Positions 38,929-49,749 of a DNA stretch of 64,000 nucleotides are shown here, piece by piece (the stretch's first letter is position 1; each line of letters opens with the position of its first letter). Under the pieces are notes generated by a model. That model saw only the letters and a list, made by a program, of their open reading frames with translations. It searched no databases and was not told the DNA's origin. The DNA lies in contig CAVQQD010000002.1 of the NCBI GenBank assembly GCA_963714975.1, forward strand, positions 864,001-928,000. Direction: 5' to 3'. Source of the DNA: an uncultured Gammaproteobacteria bacterium (GTDB lineage Bacteria; Pseudomonadota; Gammaproteobacteria; JAURND01). The translations under genes were made by a program, and so were the position numbers.

Positions 38929-40359
38929 ATGGAATCCAAATCTAAATCCGAATCTACATCCGAATTTCCATACAATGATTCTAACATCATATACAATTCA
39001 TCTCCTTCAGTTACTGTATCTCCATTAGTGACGGAAGGCTTGGACCCTAATCTGACTACTGTACCACTCACTCCGAAAGAAGAGGAAGAGGCGGAGGAAG
39101 GGGCGGATGCGCGCAAGCAAGTACTAGAAGCGTTTGCGAGACAGAAGGCAACAGAACTTGTCAGGCAGGCTCCGGCTCAAAATGACCAGGATGAACTCAG
39201 TACTGAAAAAAATTGGTTAACCAAGCTTCGGGAATTCTTGCCAAAATATGACAGCCCAATCACTGCTACCGCACTCGGTGTGGTAAATGCCTTCGCACCT
39301 CCAGTGGGTGCAACTATAACCGCGCGAACTAATGAAAAACGAACAAGCGCTTTAGAAGCTTGGCTATTATGGGGTGTTACAGGAGGTTTTGCAGGAAGAG
39401 CAATACATGAACATCTCTATGAAGTAACCCAGTCCGGTTCCCTAAATTTTTTTGGTGCTGATAATCACAAATTTCTTGATTTTCTACGCGATAACAAGGC
39501 AGCCTCCTGGCTTTCTGATAATCTCCATATTCCCGATCCTCTTCTATGCTACCTTGGTATATTGGGCTTAGTTTTAGCCAGCCGATTTGTAATAGATGAA
39601 TTTTTGGCTCACAAAATAAAGATGGGCAGTAAGACGCGAAATACCACATATGGATTTGTCCATAGCATATTGGGACATGAAGCTACTGACAAAATTCTTT
39701 GTCCGGCGGATGCTCTACGATTGCTGTCTGATCAGGATGATGAGATTCGTTCAGACATTACCTCTACAAGCCGCCATCCTGATGAAGGGCAGGGTAATGC
39801 GGATACTCGTTCAGTCAGAACAGGAGGAAGTGGAGGAACAAACAGGATTGATAGAGTTGGAACAAAGTTGACGTCTCAAGACCGTACACAACGAATTCAA
39901 AGCAAGCTTACCAAAGATGTAGAGGATAACGGTCTGAAAGAAGTATTTGATCCTCACGTTGCCAGCCTAGTTGGCGCGGACCCAAATAATCTGAGCACAG
40001 ATCTTGAGATATTCAGTGCAGCGCTCAGGTTCGCAGATCAGGAAGTTAGGGAGTCACAAAAACAAGATGACATTGAAGAGCATATAGCTAGGGTACAGGC
40101 ATTAATACTCCCAGAAGCAAAAGAAAGACACCAGAAAGATTTAAAAATCTTGGCTGATCAGCAAGTGCAAATAATTATTACCACAGCTCCTACCAAGGAG
40201 ATGCCCGATCAGCAGATTGCCATATTAGCGTACAATAATGCCGTAGCGGCATATTATCATGTAGGACAGTCCACTACTACAGGTCGTCGCTCTACAAGTC
40301 CAGAGACTGATTCTGACGAAGAGTCTACTCAGCATCAGGGAAGGCAAAACGGTTATTAG
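38929..40359 (+). CDS. 476-aa orphan protein, candidate Dot/Icm effector
   Basis: GAGGA RBS, hydrophobic segments, acidic C-terminus ETDSDEES, PmrA-like box upstream. Confidence 0.7.
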   Translation: MESKSKSESTSEFPYNDSNIIYNSSPSVTVSPLVTEGLDPNLTTVPLTPKEEEEAEEGADARKQVLEAFARQKATELVRQAPAQNDQDELSTEKNWLTKLREFLPKYDSPITATALGVVNAFAPPVGATITARTNEKRTSALEAWLLWGVTGGFAGRAIHEHLYEVTQSGSLNFFGADNHKFLDFLRDNKAASWLSDNLHIPDPLLCYLGILGLVLASRFVIDEFLAHKIKMGSKTRNTTYGFVHSILGHEATDKILCPADALRLLSDQDDEIRSDITSTSRHPDEGQGNADTRSVRTGGSGGTNRIDRVGTKLTSQDRTQRIQSKLTKDVEDNGLKEVFDPHVASLVGADPNNLSTDLEIFSAALRFADQEVRESQKQDDIEEHIARVQALILPEAKERHQKDLKILADQQVQIIITTAPTKEMPDQQIAILAYNNAVAAYYHVGQSTTTGRRSTSPETDSDEESTQHQGRQNGY

Positions 40360-40375
40360 TATTCTCATTTTTTTA

Positions 40376-40412
40376 AATCCCCCCTTAATCCCCCTTTTTC
40401 AAAGGGGGAAAT
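40376..40412. repeat. Family-B palindrome (CCCCCTTTTTCAAAGGGGG)
   Basis: Same core at 41538-41570, 41600-41620, 43081-43112 and inside moeB at 32813-32842. Confidence 0.75.
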
Positions 40413-40831
40413 TATTTTTGCCTATATATAAGCCATCCTTAATAAAAAGTTTGCTTTTCACAAAAATTCGATGAATAATACTCGGTAACCGTGGGCAGTG
40501 CCCACGGCCGCGCCACACAGATGTTCTAACCATCCGTGAGGCACTTACAGCAACGAACCTAAAGAGAGGTCCGCCGTGTCAAATCAAGCTTACTCGATTA
40601 CGCGTTCTCGTAAAACTCTTTTCTGTGTGCTAATCACTTTTTTTCACCTACATTGCGTTGGGCGGATATTTTGCGCCTGGGGCAACAAATCCTTTCCGAA
40701 TGATTTTCCTCGAATGTCACAGCGGTGTTGCTGGCATAAGGTTGGGATTTGCCGTGGGTTTTTTAGTGGCTGGTATGCAGGGCAAGAGGAGGTAGGCTGG
40801 TAGCAGAGGAAATAGGTAGGGCGAACGAGTA

Positions 40832-40907
40832 GGTCATCCCGAGGAGCTTGCGACGAGGGATCTCTGTGCCAGTTGCAGGAGATCCCTCGCCGTTGCTCGG
40901 GATGACC
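40832..40907. repeat. Family-C paired palindrome
   Basis: ggtcatcccgag...cgagggatct / agatccctcg...ctcgggatgacc long inverted repeat. Confidence 0.8.
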
Positions 40908-40994
40908 GTGCCTGTCCGCCCTCACCTATAAAATCCTCTGCTGCCGCTTCCTTGATTCGTTGTTCGTTTCTTCTATAAATCCAGGAGCATACTC

Positions 40995-41519
40995 ATGAAT
41001 GATAATAACACCCAACCCGCTTTTAAATGCTTTCGTCAACCAGGGCATCGCCCTCCCCTGGTTGATCCTCTGACAAAAATAAGAAACTTGGGTATGACCA
41101 TCCATATTTTATTGGTTGAGGATGAACCGATGGCGACTCGTGCCACCAAAGGTTCCTTTAAAGACCTCGGTTGTCAGGTGGAGGTGGCCAATTGTGGCCT
41201 AGTTGCCTTAGAAAAGCTGCATCATCCATATCAGTTAATCATCTGCGATCTTGGTCTCCCGGATTTAAATGGCATGGAAGTTGCCCGCCAGTTTCGGCAC
41301 AGCCCAGGCCCTAATAGTCAGACCCCCATTCTCATTGCCACTGCGCATGGGGATAAAAAATTAAAAGCTGAAGCACGAGAATTGGGATTAACAGGATTTC
41401 TCCACAAACCCGTATTATATGAATTATGCGAACAAATACTAAATAGATTAGTGTTGTCGCAGCCACCGGCAGGTTACTTTTTTGAGAATCAAGAAAGGCC
41501 GCCGTTTTTAGCTGTGTAG
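40995..41519 (+). CDS. Single-domain response regulator (CheY-like receiver)
   Basis: ILLVEDE, CDLGLPDLNG, ATAH, FLHKP. Confidence 0.88.
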   Translation: MNDNNTQPAFKCFRQPGHRPPLVDPLTKIRNLGMTIHILLVEDEPMATRATKGSFKDLGCQVEVANCGLVALEKLHHPYQLIICDLGLPDLNGMEVARQFRHSPGPNSQTPILIATAHGDKKLKAEARELGLTGFLHKPVLYELCEQILNRLVLSQPPAGYFFENQERPPFLAV

Positions 41520-41597
41520 CTGCTGACCTCTTTAAATCTCCCCTACCCCCCTTTTTCAAAGGGGGGAATTTAAAGGAGGGAATTTCTGCTACTATCC
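41465..41597 (+). repeat. Direct repeat copy 1 (3' end of the response regulator plus family-B palindrome)
   Basis: accggcaggttactttt...gacctctttaaatc...caaagggg...atttctgct repeated at 43012-43127. Confidence 0.85.
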
Positions 41598-41796
41598 TCG
41601 CCCCCTTTTTCCAAGGGGGATCTTTGCTACAATCCTCGAATTGTGAGGGGCACACCGCATTACTGCGGTGCTCCGGGGCTGTTCGCCCTCGCTTTCCCGG
41701 CTCTCCTTGGTGGGTAACACCGTGGGCATAACCCACGACCGCGCCATGGCGCATTTCTTCACGAAGGCATGGAATGATTCTTGCTTCAATTTAATT

Positions 41797-42441
41797 TTAC
41801 TCTCGTACAAACTTTAACAATGGCTGATAATCATGTCTATCAGCTGCTTGTAGGGCTTTAATGTAATTTTTTCTGATAATTGAATTTTCATACAAATTAC
41901 TTTGTCCCCATGAAAATCTTGGTTGATTATGAGCAATCAAAAAATAATCAGTAACTAATCGTGCGTGTCTCCCGTTCCCATTTGAAAAAAGATGAATAGC
42001 GACTAATTGATGGTGGAATCTAGTGGCTATTTCGTTGAGTGCAAAAGAATAGTTTGCCACTTGATAGCTCACGTTTTCTAAAAGTTCCCGGAGTCGTATA
42101 GGTATATATATCCAATCCACTCCCAAGTTTTTGTCACTTTTGCGAAATTGACCTGCCCACCGCCATGTTTTATTAAACATTCTTTTATGTATCTGTTGAA
42201 TAAAATTTGCTTCTAAAAGTCCTGGCACTTTGCGATTGGTATTAAGCTTACTCCCAGCGATATCACTCGCAGTAGGCAAGCTATAAGCAACCCTTTGGGT
42301 GCTCAGCCACATTTCAGCTTCAAGGATATTAGCTTGTTCCCACTCGTTTAATTCAGATTGCGTAGTAATATGATTTGGAATTAATCCAATCGCTTCATCG
42401 AGATCTAGTGGTGTAGCGCCTACCGGATATTCAAATTTCAT
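41797..42441 (-). CDS. Mobile mystery protein B (Fic domain)
   Basis: GATPLD.DE..GLIP.HITT..ELNEWEQANI, WAGQFRKSDKNLG, IHLFSNGNGRHARL. Confidence 0.9.
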   Translation of the reverse strand: MKFEYPVGATPLDLDEAIGLIPNHITTQSELNEWEQANILEAEMWLSTQRVAYSLPTASDIAGSKLNTNRKVPGLLEANFIQQIHKRMFNKTWRWAGQFRKSDKNLGVDWIYIPIRLRELLENVSYQVANYSFALNEIATRFHHQLVAIHLFSNGNGRHARLVTDYFLIAHNQPRFSWGQSNLYENSIIRKNYIKALQAADRHDYQPLLKFVRE

Positions 42442-42902
42442 GAAGTTTCATCCCATAGTTGCTTCAGTGATCCTGCAAGCAGAGTGTTTACTAACTCTTC
42501 CAGTTGCTCTTGTTGCTGAGAAGTGGGAATTGCTTGATCTTCAAGTGCCATTGAATGGGCAATACGTTGAAGTTTTTGTTTGGCAATTTTTTCCGCTTGC
42601 TCTTTAATTAAGGCCTGCAAGGGTTCTCGAGGAATAAAGGCATAAACCAAGTCACAATTGAGTGCATTAGCAACCTCTCTGAGTGTATGTAACGTCAACG
42701 AATCCGATAACTCTGCCTGTTGGATCTTAATAACTCTTGAGCGAGTAACCCTCAAACGGCTGGCTAACTGAGGTAAGGTCATCCCTAGAGCTTTTCTTAT
42801 ACAGACAACCCAACCTTTGCGAGGTTGGAAATATCTTTTGGCTGCAGACCAGGATGCTAGCTGACGATCTAACTGCTTGAGAGCAAGTAACTTGGTTTTC
42901 AT
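42438..42902 (-). CDS. Mobile mystery protein A (XRE-type HTH)
   Basis: P.KGWV..IRKALGMT..QLA.RL, ANALNCDLVYAFIP, HSMALEDQ, LWD. Confidence 0.9.
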   Translation of the reverse strand: MKTKLLALKQLDRQLASWSAAKRYFQPRKGWVVCIRKALGMTLPQLASRLRVTRSRVIKIQQAELSDSLTLHTLREVANALNCDLVYAFIPREPLQALIKEQAEKIAKQKLQRIAHSMALEDQAIPTSQQQEQLEELVNTLLAGSLKQLWDETS

Positions 42903-42993
42903 TTAGACCACCTTTATATAATCGTTAATTTAATTATAGAGTATATATAAGTGTTCTATTTCGCAAGTTATATAATTTTACAGTTAAAAATAT

Positions 42994-43127
42994 TATAAGC
43001 CACCCTTAATAACCGGCAGGTTACTTTTTGAGAATCAAGAAAGGCCGCCGTTTTGGGCTGTGTAGCTGCTGACCTCTTTAAATCCCCCCTTCCCCCCTTT
43101 TTCAAAGGGGGATTTCTGCTCACTACC
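42994..43127 (+). repeat. Direct repeat copy 2: collapsed copy of the 40427-41597 module
   Basis: tataagcca(c/t)ccttaataa (cf. 40427-40445) fused directly to the 41465-41597 sequence. Confidence 0.8.
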
Positions 43128-43198
43128 GTATTGTTTTTCATGCATTTTGCTGGTAAATATAAATTAATAAATAATAAGATACTAACAGGTTATATATT

Positions 43199-43705
43199 AT
43201 GACCAATGCACGTAAACATTACTTCCGTATTCCATTCGATCCTCTGAAATATGTGAAAGCTTTAGAGGCAGCAGGTTTTTCACGCCAGCAAGCAGAAGTT
43301 CAAGCTGAAACTTTTTTATCCATCGTGCAAGAACAATTAGTCAGGCAACAGGATTTAAAAGAAATTGAGGCTGAGTTAAAGCGTGATATTTCAAGAGTTG
43401 ACGTTAATTTAAAACAAGCTGAGATCAAGCTAACAGCTCATATTAAAGAGGTTGACGCCAAGTTAACAGCTCATATTAAAGAAGTTGAGGCTGGGTTAAC
43501 AATCCATATTAAGGAAGTTGAACTGGGGTTAAGGCGAGATATTAAACAGCTTGAGCATAATATGAAAGAAATGGATGTCGGGTTAAAAGCTCAAAATGAA
43601 ATATTACGGCGGGACCTAAAAATTTGGTTTGGAGGTATGCTGATAAGCATAGTTGTTACATTATCAACAACCTCAACTTTAATTATACGATTTATGGGGC
43701 AGTAA
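43199..43705 (+). CDS. DUF1640/CCDC90-like coiled-coil membrane-anchored protein
   Basis: FDPLKYVKALEAAGFSRQQAE head, 11-residue stalk repeats, C-terminal TM after LKIWFGG. Confidence 0.82.
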   Translation: MTNARKHYFRIPFDPLKYVKALEAAGFSRQQAEVQAETFLSIVQEQLVRQQDLKEIEAELKRDISRVDVNLKQAEIKLTAHIKEVDAKLTAHIKEVEAGLTIHIKEVELGLRRDIKQLEHNMKEMDVGLKAQNEILRRDLKIWFGGMLISIVVTLSTTSTLIIRFMGQ

Positions 43706-43720
43706 GCTGCGACTTTAACG

Positions 43721-43923
43721 TCCCCTCCCCCCCCAACCGTTTTTGTTGCTGGGAGAGGGTTAGGGAAAGATAGCCAAGGATTTAAAATATTGAGATTTTG
43801 GAATAATGAAATTTTTGAAAATTTGGCAGGAGTTTTAAATAGAATCTATGCGGAGGTCGAGCCCCCCTCTCCCTAACCCTCTCCCACCTTCCCTCGCTGA
43901 CGCTTGGGCGGGGGAGAGGGGAT
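43721..43923. repeat. Family-A-related paired REP-like palindromes
   Basis: gggagagggttaggga ... tccctaaccctctccc inverted pair; ccccaaccgtttttgttg shared with 27197-27214. Confidence 0.65.
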
Positions 43924-43936
43924 TTAAGTGCGTAAC

Positions 43937-45529
<1,593 letters not shown>

Positions 45530-45546
<17 letters not shown>

Positions 45547-46120
45547 TATGTGATCTTAATTGATTGATTAATCCGGCCATTCCCTGAGTGCGCAAGGTAT
45601 TCGCAAATTGTGAGCGGTAGTTTTGGACTAAACTAATGCCCTCGACGCTAAAATCATAAACCTTCCATTGGCCATTTTCTAACATTAAGCGATAAGTTAC
45701 GGCAATAGTTTGCCCATTGGCCTGGTCAATCGAGCTATTTACTTGCACTTTACTACCCGCTACTCCACCGCGCACGGGAAAAAATCGTACTTTTTCATTG
45801 GAATAGGAAGCCAAAGCTGTGGAGTAGGTGCGCGTGACAAAAAAAGTAAATTGGTGTTTAAATTCTACACGTTGTGCGGGGCTGGCCTCGGTCCAATATC
45901 TGCCAAGCACTTGCTCGGACATTTGATCTAAATCTACGTGGGGCAATAAGATTCGCTGTACTAAGCCATATAATGTTTGTGGATTCCGGTTCTGGGTTTG
46001 CTTGAGTGCCGCTAGCATTTGTTCTGTGGTGACTTGCAGCATAGGCACTGGTGAAGTGGCGCCTATCGCGGTAAGGCTAAGTAATAATAATAAGGAAATG
46101 ATCCAAAACTTTTTTAACAT
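45530..46120 (-). CDS. mlaC: Periplasmic phospholipid shuttle MlaC
   Basis: LGRYW, WKVYDFSVEGISLVQNYRSQF. Confidence 0.92.
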
Positions 46121-46129
46121 CGTATTCTC

Positions 46130-46594
46130 CTAGTCTTTTTTCTGAACGTTATATAAAAATTGCCCAATCAACTTTTCTAACACCAGCGCTGGCTGAGTGG
46201 ATTCAATTACACTATCGTTTTTAAGCATGGTCTCGGCGTAGCCTGGAGCTAAGCTAATGTAATTGGAGCCTAATAAGCCTTGGGTGTAAATACTGGCTGC
46301 AGTATCAGAAGGTAAATGAGTCTGATTTTTTTTAATCAACATCATCACCTTAGCGCGATAAGTGCTTGGGCTAAGGTTAATCGACCCCACGTGCCCGACA
46401 TTCACGCCCGCTACCATGACGGGTGCGCGAATTTTTAAACTTCCGATGTTATCGAATTCAGCACTGACCCGATAATAATCTTGTCTAGTAGAATAGCTAG
46501 TTAAGCCGCTGACTTTTAAGGCTAAAAATACCACAGCGACTAGCCCTAACATCATAAATAATCCAACGATAAGCTCTATTATTGTTTTTGGCAC
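46130..46594 (-). CDS. mlaD: MCE protein MlaD
   Basis: FDNIGSLKIRAPVMVAGV, TQGLLGSNYI, LEKLIGQF. Confidence 0.93.
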   Translation of the reverse strand: MPKTIIELIVGLFMMLGLVAVVFLALKVSGLTSYSTRQDYYRVSAEFDNIGSLKIRAPVMVAGVNVGHVGSINLSPSTYRAKVMMLIKKNQTHLPSDTAASIYTQGLLGSNYISLAPGYAETMLKNDSVIESTQPALVLEKLIGQFLYNVQKKD

Positions 46595-46595
46595 A

Positions 46596-47381
46596 TTACC
46601 ACCCTTTTAACATGACTGAAGTTAAAATAAAATCTAACGCTAATACGGCAAGTGAGGAATACACCACAGTTTTGGTAGTCGCTCGACTAATTCCGGCTGC
46701 ATTAGGTACAGTATAATACCCTTGGTACAAGGCAATCCAGGTGACGACGAAACCAAAAACTAGGCTTTTGATTATTCCATTTAATATATCCGACCGAAAA
46801 TCAACGGCAGCCTGCATATTAGACCAAAATGATCCACTGTTGACCCCGAGCCATTCTACACCCACTAAATAGCCGCCATAAATAGCAACCATATTAAAAA
46901 TCACCATCAAAATAGGCATGGAAATAAAACCTGCCCAGAGTCGGGGTGAAACAATGCGCCATAAAGGATCTACCGCCATCATTTCCATACTGTCAATTTG
47001 ATCTGTTGCGCGCATCAAACCTATTTCCGCTGTTAATGCTGTGCCTGCTCGACCGGCAAATAATAAGGCCGTGATGACTGGCCCTAATTCTCGGGTGACA
47101 CTCAAGGCTAACAATTGTCCGAGTTCTTGTTCGGCGCCAAATCGTTGTAAGGTATTAAATCCTTGGAGTGAAACAACCATGCCTATAAATAAAGCTGATA
47201 ACATGACAATTAGCAAGGAGAGAACACCCACAAAATATAATTGCTCGAGTAGCAGCCAAAAACTTTGGCGCAAGCGTGGGGGGCTGATTAAGGTGCGAAA
47301 AAGAAAAATGCCCGAAATGCCTACGCGGCCACAAAAATTTAGACCAAACCGACCTAGGGCTTGAACACGAGTCCCAATCAT
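46596..47381 (-). CDS. mlaE: ABC permease MlaE
   Basis: RELGPVITALLFAGRAG, AEIGLM, ATTKTVV. Confidence 0.95.
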   Translation of the reverse strand: MIGTRVQALGRFGLNFCGRVGISGIFLFRTLISPPRLRQSFWLLLEQLYFVGVLSLLIVMLSALFIGMVVSLQGFNTLQRFGAEQELGQLLALSVTRELGPVITALLFAGRAGTALTAEIGLMRATDQIDSMEMMAVDPLWRIVSPRLWAGFISMPILMVIFNMVAIYGGYLVGVEWLGVNSGSFWSNMQAAVDFRSDILNGIIKSLVFGFVVTWIALYQGYYTVPNAAGISRATTKTVVYSSLAVLALDFILTSVMLKGW

Positions 47382-48175
47382 AATAACTCCTCGGCGAAGC
47401 TTACTGCTGGGTAATGAAAAGGGACAGTGCCATCTGGCAGGCCTTGGATAAATTGAGAAACTGCTGGAGAGGTGTCGTTAAAGATAGCCTCCGGCGTGCC
47501 TTCGCCAATGATTTCACCATTGGATATGATGTAAATATAATCAGCGATGCTGGCGGTTTCTGTAACATCGTGGGAAACAATCACCGAAGTTAATTCTAGA
47601 GCATCGTTCAATTTTTTAATTAATTGCACTAACACTCCCATGGTAATCGGATCTTGGCCAGCAAAGGGTTCATCATACAGCATTAAATGTGGATCTGAAG
47701 CTAAGGCTCTAGCCATGGAGACACGGCGCGCCATTCCACCAGAAAGTTCTGATACCAGCAGCTGGGCTGCACCCCGTAAACCCACAGCTTCTAGCTTCAT
47801 TAAAACTAAGTCACGCAGCATCTCTTCAGGAAGTGAGGTATGTTCACGTAGGGGAAAGGCGACATTTTCAAAAACATTTAAATTGGAAAAAAGGGCGCCG
47901 CTTTGAAATAACATCCCAATCTGCCGTCGTGCTTTATATAATTCACGGCGAGATAATTGATGAATTTCTTGATTGTCTACTACAATTTTGCCTACATCAG
48001 GAGTTAGTTGGGCACTGATTAGGCGTAGTAAAGTGGTTTTGCCAGTTCCGCTAGGGCCCATGATGGCGGTGATCTTCCCGCGCTGGATATCTAAATCAAT
48101 ATTTTTTAAAATAATGCGTCCATTTCTAGAAAAACGGAGATTTCGCACTGTTACCAAGGCATTTTGGACATTCAT
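47378..48175 (-). CDS. mlaF: ABC ATPase MlaF
   Basis: GPSGTGKTT, LSGGMARR, YDEPFAGQDP. Confidence 0.95.
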   Translation of the reverse strand: MNVQNALVTVRNLRFSRNGRIILKNIDLDIQRGKITAIMGPSGTGKTTLLRLISAQLTPDVGKIVVDNQEIHQLSRRELYKARRQIGMLFQSGALFSNLNVFENVAFPLREHTSLPEEMLRDLVLMKLEAVGLRGAAQLLVSELSGGMARRVSMARALASDPHLMLYDEPFAGQDPITMGVLVQLIKKLNDALELTSVIVSHDVTETASIADYIYIISNGEIIGEGTPEAIFNDTSPAVSQFIQGLPDGTVPFHYPAVSFAEELL

Positions 48176-48256
48176 GAATATATTTAGCTAAGGTAGTAAA
48201 TTAAAACGCGAGTATAGCTAGAAATAGGAAACTTGTATAGTTATAATGCTTGCACC

Positions 48257-49228
48257 ATGAACATTGAAAAATATTGTGAGTTTGGTCAGGCGGTAATCGA
48301 CATAGAAGCCAATGCGGTACTTGACTTAAAGCAACGCATTGATGCCCATTTTGCTAAGGCATGTGAACTTCTACTTACTTGCCAAGGTCGTATTATTGTG
48401 ACCGGTGTCGGTAAATCAGGGCATATTGCCCGCAAGATAGCGGCCACGTTTGCCAGTACTGGCACTCCTGCCTTCTTTGTCCATGCTGCAGAAGCCAATC
48501 ATGGCGATCTGGGGATGATTACCCAACATGATGTGATCATAGCGATCTCCCATTCTGGAGAAGCTATGGAAATTATTGGCATGTTGCCCTTGATCAAACG
48601 CCTCAATATCCCTTTGATCTGTCTGAGCGGTAAGGCTGAGTCAACCTTAGTAAAATCAGCTACGGTCTATATCAATACCAGTGTTACTGTAGAAGCCTGC
48701 CCCTTGGGTTTGGCCCCTACTTCAAGCACCACAGCCACCTTAGTAATGGGTGATGCCCTGGCCATTGCTTTGTTACAAGCACGGGGGTTTACAGCCCAAG
48801 ATTTTGCCCTCTATCATCCTGGCGGGCAATTGGGTAAGCGGCTGATTTTATGTGTGCAAGACATCATGCGTACTGGAAAATTTGTTCCTAAGGTGAATGA
48901 AGACGCTGGCTTGCACGAGGCATTACTGGAAATGACCCAAAAAAGCCTAGGGGTCACCACCATTGTCAATCAGGAGGATCAATTGCAAGGAATTTATACC
49001 GATGGTGATTTACGGCGGACGCTCAATCGTGGCCTCGATCTTCAAGCCACCAAAATAAAAGAAGTCATGACGTCCAACTGTAAGACGATTGCTAAAGAGA
49101 AGCTGGCTGCTGAGGCCTTGCATATCATGGAAACCTATAAAATTACTTCCCTCACTGTAACGGACGACAGCAATAAAATTATTGGCATTGTCCATATGCA
49201 TGATCTTTTAACCGCGGGGTTAGCCTAA
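48257..49228 (+). CDS. kdsD: Arabinose-5-phosphate isomerase
   Basis: GVGKSGHI, ASTGTP, HGDLG, EACPLGLAPTSST, HPGG, CBS pair. Confidence 0.95.
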   Translation: MNIEKYCEFGQAVIDIEANAVLDLKQRIDAHFAKACELLLTCQGRIIVTGVGKSGHIARKIAATFASTGTPAFFVHAAEANHGDLGMITQHDVIIAISHSGEAMEIIGMLPLIKRLNIPLICLSGKAESTLVKSATVYINTSVTVEACPLGLAPTSSTTATLVMGDALAIALLQARGFTAQDFALYHPGGQLGKRLILCVQDIMRTGKFVPKVNEDAGLHEALLEMTQKSLGVTTIVNQEDQLQGIYTDGDLRRTLNRGLDLQATKIKEVMTSNCKTIAKEKLAAEALHIMETYKITSLTVTDDSNKIIGIVHMHDLLTAGLA

Positions 49229-49749
49229 TGCAAACCGTATTAGAGAAAGCTGCTAAGATTAAGTTGTTGATTTTTGATGTGGATGGTGTGCTCACGGATC
49301 GCAACATTTATTTCGCCGATACCGGCCATGAATATAAAGGCTTTAACCTGCATGATGGCCTTGGCATCAAAATGCTGTTAAGCACTGGGGTTGAGGTGGG
49401 TGTGATTACTAGTCGCGATTCCCCTGTGGTGCAGCGACGTATGAATGAGTTGGGAGTCAAACATATCTATCAAGGTTATGAAGATAAGATCCATGCCTTT
49501 GAAGATTTAACTCAGAAACTTTTTCTTGCTCCAGAACAAGTCGCTTATATGGGTGATGACCTCCCTGACCTGCCTCTAATGCGGCGCAGTGGTTTGGGGA
49601 TTGCGGTAGCTGATGCGGCCGACTATGTGCGCCGTCACGCGGATTGGCAGACTCGTGCCCTGGGGGGTCATGGAGCTGCTCGCGAAGCCTGTGAATTTAT
49701 CATGCACGCACAAAATACTTTAACCACGATTTGCGAACAATACTTGTGA
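49228..49749 (+). CDS. kdsC: KDO 8-phosphate phosphatase
   Basis: FDVDGVLTD, MGDDLPDL, GGHGAARE. Confidence 0.95.
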   Translation: MQTVLEKAAKIKLLIFDVDGVLTDRNIYFADTGHEYKGFNLHDGLGIKMLLSTGVEVGVITSRDSPVVQRRMNELGVKHIYQGYEDKIHAFEDLTQKLFLAPEQVAYMGDDLPDLPLMRRSGLGIAVADAADYVRRHADWQTRALGGHGAAREACEFIMHAQNTLTTICEQYL

